NCBI RefSeq assembly: GCF_000010625.1
Contig: NC_010296.1
Coordinates: forward strand, 1,320,001-1,352,000
Direction: 5' to 3'
DNA: 32,000 nucleotides
Source of the DNA: Microcystis aeruginosa NIES-843
GTDB lineage: Bacteria; Cyanobacteriota; Cyanobacteriia; Cyanobacteriales; Microcystaceae
Shown here: positions 26,664-32,000 of the stretch, one piece after another
Position numbering within the stretch: the stretch's first letter is position 1
Layout: every line of letters starts with the position of its first letter
The notes under the pieces: generated by a model
What the model was told of the DNA's origin: nothing
Database searches by the model: none
Seen by the model: the letters and a program-made list of their open reading frames with translations, nothing else
Translations under genes and position numbers: made by a program

Positions 26664-26695
26664 GCTTTAAAAAAGGCGAATTTTGCCTTTTCGCT

Positions 26696-28030
26696 ATGGA
26701 TAATCAGGATTTATTGACTCGTTTAATTTTAGTCTTTTTACTAATCGTCCTCAATGCTTTTTTCGTAGCGGCCGAATTTTCGCTCGTGTCTGTCCGTCGT
26801 ACCCGCATCAGTCAGCTAGTGGCTGCGGGAGATGTGCCAGCGCAGACGGTCCAATCTCTACAAAGAAGTCTCGATCGCTTACTTTCCACTACCCAATTAG
26901 GTATCACCCTTTCTAGTTTAGCTTTAGGTTGGATCGGGGAGAGTACCATGACCGTTTTTGTGAGGAAATTACTAAGTTTTTTACCCTTTTCCTTAAACTG
27001 GCAAAATCTTCTCTCCCATGGTTTCTCTCTTTGTCTAGCTTTTTTAATCGTGGCCTATCTCCAGATAGTTTTTGGGGAACTTTATCCCAAATCCCTCGCT
27101 TTAATTTATGCCGAACCAATGGCGCGATTATTAGCGGCACCTATTGGCGTTATTTCCCGAATTTTTAAGCCTTTTATCGGTATTCTTAACCAATCAACTC
27201 GTTTTTTATTGGTTTTAACCCGTATCCCCGAAGTAGATCTACAGCGTTCTAGTCGGGTAACTTCCGAGGAATTACAATTAATTATCAGCATGGAAGGGGA
27301 ATTAACGGGATTAGAAGCAGCGGAAAGGAAAATTTTAAATAATGTTTTCCAGTTTAGCGAAATCACTGCCGCGGAAATCATGGTTCCCCATAACCGTTTA
27401 GTAGCTATTTCCTCGACCGCAACTTTTGAGGAATTATTGCTCCAAGTAGTTAACAGTGGCTATTCTTGTTATCCTGTGGAAGGAGATTCCGGTGATGATA
27501 TCCGTGGTCTGATCGATTTTAAAGATTTAGCTTTACCCCTTGCTCAGGGTCAGTTAAATTTAACAACCCCGATTAAACCTTGGTTAAAACCTGTGCGTTT
27601 TTTCCCCGAAACCACTGCTTTAAATGAATTACTAACAGTGATGCGGGAATCATCCTTAAAGATGGTTATCATTGTCGATGAATTTGGCAGAACAGCCGGT
27701 TTATTAACCCTAAAAGATTTAATCGGTGAGATTCTGGGAACTTTTTCCCCTAGTGATGAATCAGGAACAGTAAAATATCAACTCCTCGATGAATCGACTT
27801 TTCTCGTACAAGCACAAATGAATTTAGAGGACGTGAACAAAGCATTAAATTTAAGTTTACCCTTGGCCGATGAATACCAAACCCTAGCTGGTTTTGTCCT
27901 CCATCATTGGCAAAAAATACCGAAGGTGGGAGAACAATTATATTACCAAAATTTAGAATTTACCATCATTTCTAAGGTCGGCCCTCGCTTGGAACAAATT
28001 AAGATTTATCGGCAACAACTATCCTCATGA
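26696..28030 (+). CDS. Hemolysin-family / CNNM-type protein (DUF21 transmembrane domain, CBS pair, CorC_HlyC domain)
   Basis: 444-aa ORF. The N-terminal DUF21 pattern is LNAFFVAAEFSLVSVRR. Then comes the CBS-pair region (AAEIMVPHNRLVAIS...), then the C-terminal transporter-associated domain (TLAGFVLHHWQKIPKVGE). Confidence 0.85.
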   Translation: MDNQDLLTRLILVFLLIVLNAFFVAAEFSLVSVRRTRISQLVAAGDVPAQTVQSLQRSLDRLLSTTQLGITLSSLALGWIGESTMTVFVRKLLSFLPFSLNWQNLLSHGFSLCLAFLIVAYLQIVFGELYPKSLALIYAEPMARLLAAPIGVISRIFKPFIGILNQSTRFLLVLTRIPEVDLQRSSRVTSEELQLIISMEGELTGLEAAERKILNNVFQFSEITAAEIMVPHNRLVAISSTATFEELLLQVVNSGYSCYPVEGDSGDDIRGLIDFKDLALPLAQGQLNLTTPIKPWLKPVRFFPETTALNELLTVMRESSLKMVIIVDEFGRTAGLLTLKDLIGEILGTFSPSDESGTVKYQLLDESTFLVQAQMNLEDVNKALNLSLPLADEYQTLAGFVLHHWQKIPKVGEQLYYQNLEFTIISKVGPRLEQIKIYRQQLSS

Positions 28031-28106
28031 TATAAACAAGAAACAACTTTTCTCATTTATCCTTCTTGATTGTTAATCGAGTCAATAGCTGCCCACTCCT
28101 GTCACC

Positions 28107-29228
28107 ATGAAACACCTTTTGACACTCCTCCCCCTCAGCTTGGGATTAATTGCCCTCACCCCCGCAAATTTGCCCCTAGAACGTTTTGAAATCTCACAAT
28201 TAGGAACATCTACGGGATACGATGAACGACTGCTAACGGACAAAAAAACCCTCCTACAAGCGATCGATCATAGTTTACGTTATCTGAATAGCTCGGCGGC
28301 GATCCGCGCCTATCAAAATTATCCTATTCCTGAAATAAATCGTCAGCGAGTGCAGCGTTCCTTAGTCCGTTTTCGTCAATTAGTGCAGAATTCTCCCACT
28401 CCCGCAGCTCTACAAAAGGCAGTTAAAAAAGAATTTATTTGGTATCGTTCTTTGGGTAATGATAGCCAGGGAAATGTTAAATTTACTGGTTATTTTGAGC
28501 CAATTTATCAAGCAAGTCGGCAAAAAACCGCCGAGTATAAATATCCTCTTTATCGCCGACCTGCTAACTTTTCTCGCTGGTCAAAACCCCATCCAGCTAG
28601 GGTAGAATTAGAGGGAAAAGATGGTTTACTGGGGGAAAATAGCCGTCTCTCGAGATACGAATTAGTCTGGTTAAAAGATCGCTTAGAAGCTTATTTAGTT
28701 CATGTGCAAGGTTCGGCGAAATTACGTTTACCTAATGGTCAAATTATGAGCATCGGTTTTGATGGCAATACCGAGCATCCCTACACAAGTCTGGGAAAAG
28801 AAATGATTGCCGATGGTATTTTTCCTGCTGAGGGTTTAACCTTACCAATGGTTTTGGATTTTCTCAGAAATAATCCTGAGCAATTAAAGAATTATATTCC
28901 CCGCAATAATCGGTTTATTTTCTTTCGAGAAACCCACGGCGCAGCTGCCACTGGTAGTATTGGAGTTCCGGTTTTACCGGAAAGATCGATCGCTACAGAT
29001 AAAAGTATTTTTCCCCCCGGTGCTTTAGCAGTAATTGAGACAGAAATTCCCCAGGGAAATCTTAATAAAAAATTAGTTAGTCGCTATGTTCTCGATCAAG
29101 ATACTGGCAGTGCGATTAAAGGTACTGGGAGGGTAGATATTTTTATGGGAACAGGAAAAAATGCGGGTGAGCGAGCCGGTTTAATTAATACTCCCGGTCA
29201 ATTATATTATTTATTATTGAGGGAATAG
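28107..29228 (+). CDS. mltA: Murein transglycosylase A family protein (MltA plus 3D domain), secreted
   Basis: The signal peptide is MKHLLTLLPLSLGLIALTPA. The MltA motifs are FTGYFEP and YLVHVQGSAKLRLPNG. The 3D-domain motif is DTGSAIKGTGRVDIFMGTG. Confidence 0.85.
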   Translation: MKHLLTLLPLSLGLIALTPANLPLERFEISQLGTSTGYDERLLTDKKTLLQAIDHSLRYLNSSAAIRAYQNYPIPEINRQRVQRSLVRFRQLVQNSPTPAALQKAVKKEFIWYRSLGNDSQGNVKFTGYFEPIYQASRQKTAEYKYPLYRRPANFSRWSKPHPARVELEGKDGLLGENSRLSRYELVWLKDRLEAYLVHVQGSAKLRLPNGQIMSIGFDGNTEHPYTSLGKEMIADGIFPAEGLTLPMVLDFLRNNPEQLKNYIPRNNRFIFFRETHGAAATGSIGVPVLPERSIATDKSIFPPGALAVIETEIPQGNLNKKLVSRYVLDQDTGSAIKGTGRVDIFMGTGKNAGERAGLINTPGQLYYLLLRE

Positions 29229-29310
29229 GAAATAGTATAGGTAGAATTAAGATACAATTCCCAGAATCGGTTATCGGTTATCATATTTAAGGGAGAATTT
29301 TAAAAATAGA

Positions 29311-30474
29311 ATGATGGAAAAAAACACAAATATAGATTGGTCGGATTGTGGTCCAATTACTTTAGTAGTCGTGCAGCCGACTTCTTTTTGTAATCTCAAT
29401 TGTGATTACTGTTATTTACCCGATCGCCACTTAAAAAATACCTTATCCTTAGATTTAATCGAGCCGATTTTTCAGAGGGTTTTTAGTAGTCGTTTTCTCC
29501 AAGATGATTTTACCATTTGCTGGCACGCCGGCGAACCGTTAGCAGTTCCCATCAGTTTTTATGAAAGTGCTTTCGCCAAAATTGCGGAAGTTAGCGAGAA
29601 ATATAATCAGCAGGGTTACTGTTTTCGTCATTCAGTACAAACTAACGCCACTTATATTAACGATGCTTGGTGTCAATTATTTAAAAAGCATGATGTTTAT
29701 GTGGGAGTCAGTCTTGATGGACCGGCCTTTATTCACGATATCCACCGGCAAAACCGCAAGGGAACTGGCAGTCATGCTGCTACAATGCGGGGGATTTCTT
29801 TCTTGCAAAAACATGAAATTGATGTGAGTGTCATCGCTGTTTTAACAGAAGATTCTCTCGACTATCCCGACGAAATTTTTAACTTTTTTTGGGATCATGG
29901 TCTTACCGATGTGGCTTTTAATATGGAAGAAACCGAGGGTATTCATTCGCAATCTTCCTTAGATAAATTAGGTATTGAACAACGTTATCGCCAGTTTATC
30001 GCCAGATTTTGGGAGTTAGTCACGGCCAAACAAGGAGAATTTAAGCTGCGGGAATTTGAATCGATCTGTAGTTTAATTTATGCCGATGAACGCTTAGAAA
30101 ATACCGATATGAATCGACCTTTTATGATTGTCAATTTTGATAATCAAGGTAATTTTTCCACCTTTGATCCGGAATTACTATCGATTAAAACCCAACCCTA
30201 CGGCGATTTTATCTTTGGTAATGTTTTGACCGATTCCCTGGAATCTATCTGTGAAACTGAGAAATTTCAAAAAATTTACGCTGATATGTGCGGTGGAGTC
30301 GATTTATGTCGGCAAAAATGCGATTATTTTGGGGTTTGCGGGGGGGGGGCCGGTAGTAACAAATATTGGGAAAATGGCACTTTCAACTCCACAGATACTA
30401 AAGCCTGTTTATACCGGATTAAGTGTATCACCGATATAGTTCTTGATCGCCTAGAAAATTTATTAGAAGTTTAA
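29311..30474 (+). CDS. Radical SAM / SPASM-domain maturase (anSME/AslB-like)
   Basis: The radical SAM cluster motif is CNLNCDYC (CX3CX2C). The C-terminal SPASM Cys pattern is CRQKCDYFGVCGGG...C...C. Confidence 0.85.
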   Translation: MMEKNTNIDWSDCGPITLVVVQPTSFCNLNCDYCYLPDRHLKNTLSLDLIEPIFQRVFSSRFLQDDFTICWHAGEPLAVPISFYESAFAKIAEVSEKYNQQGYCFRHSVQTNATYINDAWCQLFKKHDVYVGVSLDGPAFIHDIHRQNRKGTGSHAATMRGISFLQKHEIDVSVIAVLTEDSLDYPDEIFNFFWDHGLTDVAFNMEETEGIHSQSSLDKLGIEQRYRQFIARFWELVTAKQGEFKLREFESICSLIYADERLENTDMNRPFMIVNFDNQGNFSTFDPELLSIKTQPYGDFIFGNVLTDSLESICETEKFQKIYADMCGGVDLCRQKCDYFGVCGGGAGSNKYWENGTFNSTDTKACLYRIKCITDIVLDRLENLLEV

Positions 30475-30487
30475 AGATTTTTTTAGC

Positions 30488-30555
30488 TATCAGTAATCAG
30501 TAATCAGTAATCAGTTATCAGTTATCAGTTATCAGTTCACTGATTACTGTTTACT
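30488..30555. repeat. ATCAGTA/ATCAGTT heptamer tandem array plus TTACTG units
   Basis: Direct reading: atcagtaatcagtaatcagtaatcagttatcagttatcagttatcagttcactgattactgtttact. Confidence 0.9.
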
Positions 30556-30583
30556 AATAACTTATGAAACAAACCTGATCTAA

Positions 30584-30808
30584 ATAGGGTCTGCTGAATA
30601 AATCTAAAAACCTTGTTGGATAAGAATTTTAGACTTTTTTCCCATCAAAAAGTGCCAGACATTGGGGTGATCGGGGGGGAAATTTAGGCACTTTTTCCCT
30701 GAAAATTAGGTAATTGACCCCCTGAAAATGGGTAAAACCCTACACCCCACACCCCACACCCCACACCCCACACCCTGCCCCCACGAAAAACTCTTTCAGC
30801 AAACCCTA
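30584..30808 (-). mobile_element. MITE copy C (225 bp), inverted relative to copies A and B
   Basis: It begins tagggtctgctgaa (30584-30597) and ends ttcagcaaacccta (to 30808). Its internal sequence is the reverse complement of copies A and B, including the (CCCCACA)n array. Confidence 0.8.
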
Positions 30809-30872
30809 AATACCATTTTTCCAAAGTAACGACAGAGATGGTCATGCCTGCTACGAATAAAGAAAAATGGTA

Positions 30873-31583
30873 TTATTCTTCTTCTAAACTTAATCCTAAC
30901 GCCTGTAAGCGTTCCGCTAGTCGATCCGCACGTTTCTTTTCTTTATCGGCACGTTTCTTTTCTTTATCGGCACGTTTCTTTTCTTTATCGGCACGTTTCT
31001 TTTCTTGACGCATTTGAGACTCTAACTCAACAGTTGTTAAAAATTTCTCTCCATCAGGACGATACAATTCTAAACTAGATTTATTCCAGATAAAACGCAC
31101 ACCTAAACGGGGACTTATCCAGTCATTGATGGGGATAATTTCTCTTAAAGTTTTTCCCTGTCTTTGCCATCCTTGTAAACGACAGCGCATCGGGTTATAT
31201 AAATAGTATTCTTCTACACTATATGTGTCATAAAACTCTAATTTTCGACTCATCTCTGCTTTTGTATTCTTCGGTGATAGAATTTCAAAAACCACTTGAG
31301 GAGCGATATTTTCTTCCTGCCATTGACGATAGGAACCCCTTCGTCCTTTGGGACGGCCAAAAGCTACAATCACATCGGGAGCAACCGGTGAAACCAAAGT
31401 AGAACGCAGAGGATACCAGAGTAAATCTCCGGCAATAAACACCTTAGGGTCATCGGCAAAGATAATCTCTAAATTCTCCTTAATTTTGACAATCCACTCA
31501 TATTGTTCGGTATTATCTGCCATCGGTTGACCATCGCTATCGGGGAAAAGAAGATCGTCGTCAATATCAAGATAACTAACCAT
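30873..31583 (-). CDS. Uma2-family (DUF820) PD-(D/E)XK endonuclease with a C-terminal KKRADKE heptad expansion
   Basis: 236-aa ORF. It contains PDSDGQPMADNT, VAPDVIVAFGRPKGRRGSY and VVFEILSPKNT, all typical of cyanobacterial Uma2 proteins. The C-terminus reads EKKRADKEKKRADKEKKRADKEKKRAD. Confidence 0.85.
   Translation of the reverse strand: MVSYLDIDDDLLFPDSDGQPMADNTEQYEWIVKIKENLEIIFADDPKVFIAGDLLWYPLRSTLVSPVAPDVIVAFGRPKGRRGSYRQWQEENIAPQVVFEILSPKNTKAEMSRKLEFYDTYSVEEYYLYNPMRCRLQGWQRQGKTLREIIPINDWISPRLGVRFIWNKSSLELYRPDGEKFLTTVELESQMRQEKKRADKEKKRADKEKKRADKEKKRADRLAERLQALGLSLEEE
30928..31010. repeat. 21-bp tandem repeat (3 full copies and a truncated, divergent fourth) inside the Uma2 coding sequence
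   Basis: The unit gcacgtttcttttctttatcg occurs at 30928-30948, 30949-30969 and 30970-30990, with a truncated, divergent copy to 31010. It is in-frame and encodes KKRADKE repeats on the minus strand. Confidence 0.9.
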
Positions 31584-31629
31584 TGTCTTTTAATTTTAAT
31601 AGATGGTTGTTTTCTGATTATAGCAAGAT

Positions 31630-31768
31630 AATTATGAATTATGAATTATCAATTATCAATTATTAATTATTAATTATGAATTATGAATTGGGGAGATGGG
31701 GTAATGGGGGAGTGGGGGAGTGGGGGAGATGGGGTAATGGGGGAGTGGGGAGGAGGGGAGAAGGGAGA
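31630..31768. repeat. AATTATG/AATTATC/AATTATT heptamer array followed by a G-rich GGGGAGT/GGGGAGA/TGGGGTAA array
   Basis: Direct reading of 31630-31689 (AT heptamers) and 31690-31768 (G-rich units). Confidence 0.9.
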
Positions 31769-31912
31769 AAAAAGCTGATGGCTGACAAAAGGTCTTAAGC
31801 GGCGGTTATATCTATTAAAGTCTATATTTATCAAAAAGTTAATTGACTAGAATCTATAAAAGCGTTAGGATTGATGGTGACAAATAGTTGTTATTGAGAA
31901 GGGGATAAGAAC

Positions 31913-32000
31913 TTGATACAGGCAACCCTGCACCAGTTAAGGGTTTTCGAGGCTACCGCTCGACACAGTAGCTTTACCAAGGCGGCCGAGGAGTTATTTA
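31913..32000 (+). CDS. LysR-family transcriptional regulator, N-terminal HTH (CbbR/CmpR/RbcR-like); partial, runs off the window end
   Basis: A TTG start is preceded by gaagggga. Translation reads (M)IQATLHQLRVFEATARHSSFTKAAEELF, which matches the LysR HTH signature as found in cyanobacterial RbcR/CmpR-type regulators. Confidence 0.7.
   Translation, partial: MIQATLHQLRVFEATARHSSFTKAAEELF

Overview
This window looks like cyanobacterial chromosome, probably Microcystis-like. That is an inference from HIP1 GCGATCGC palindromes in the core genes, abundant heptamer tandem repeats (CAGTTAT, CCCCACA, AATTATG) and the gene content.

Core genes, in order:
- nrtC (partial), nrtB and nrtA on the minus strand, with an NtcA-type promoter upstream.
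- An intact IS4-family IS.
- A class V cysteine desulfurase, a metallophosphoesterase, a PiT-like membrane protein, a NUDIX hydrolase, rbgA/ylqF, gltD, rpaA, ho1, acpP-fabF-tkt.
- After the island: a CAU-anticodon tRNA, a DUF21-CBS hemolysin-family protein, mltA, a radical SAM/SPASM maturase, a Uma2 endonuclease, and the start of a CbbR/CmpR-like LysR regulator.

The stand-out region is an AT-rich, HIP1-free accessory island (about 20498-26232) wedged between the tkt 3' end and the 3' side of the tRNA. It has three parts:
- A C-protein-controlled type II R-M cassette (C, REase, Dam-like MTase). It is bracketed by a 64-bp direct duplication of the tkt 3' end, an insertion-with-long-target-duplication signature.
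- A translationally coupled gene pair. The first gene encodes a small HEPN-like protein (R-x6-H). The second encodes a 914-aa protein fusing an unknown N-domain, a ParA/MinD-like ATPase with the deviant Walker A KGGVGRT, and a second STAND-like P-loop module. I flag this pair as a candidate undescribed defence system.
- A truncated PIN-toxin remnant.

A family of ~225-bp MITEs with TAGGG...CCCTA termini occurs four times plus one fragment. Two direct copies bracket gltD, and the fragment supplies the nrtB stop codon.
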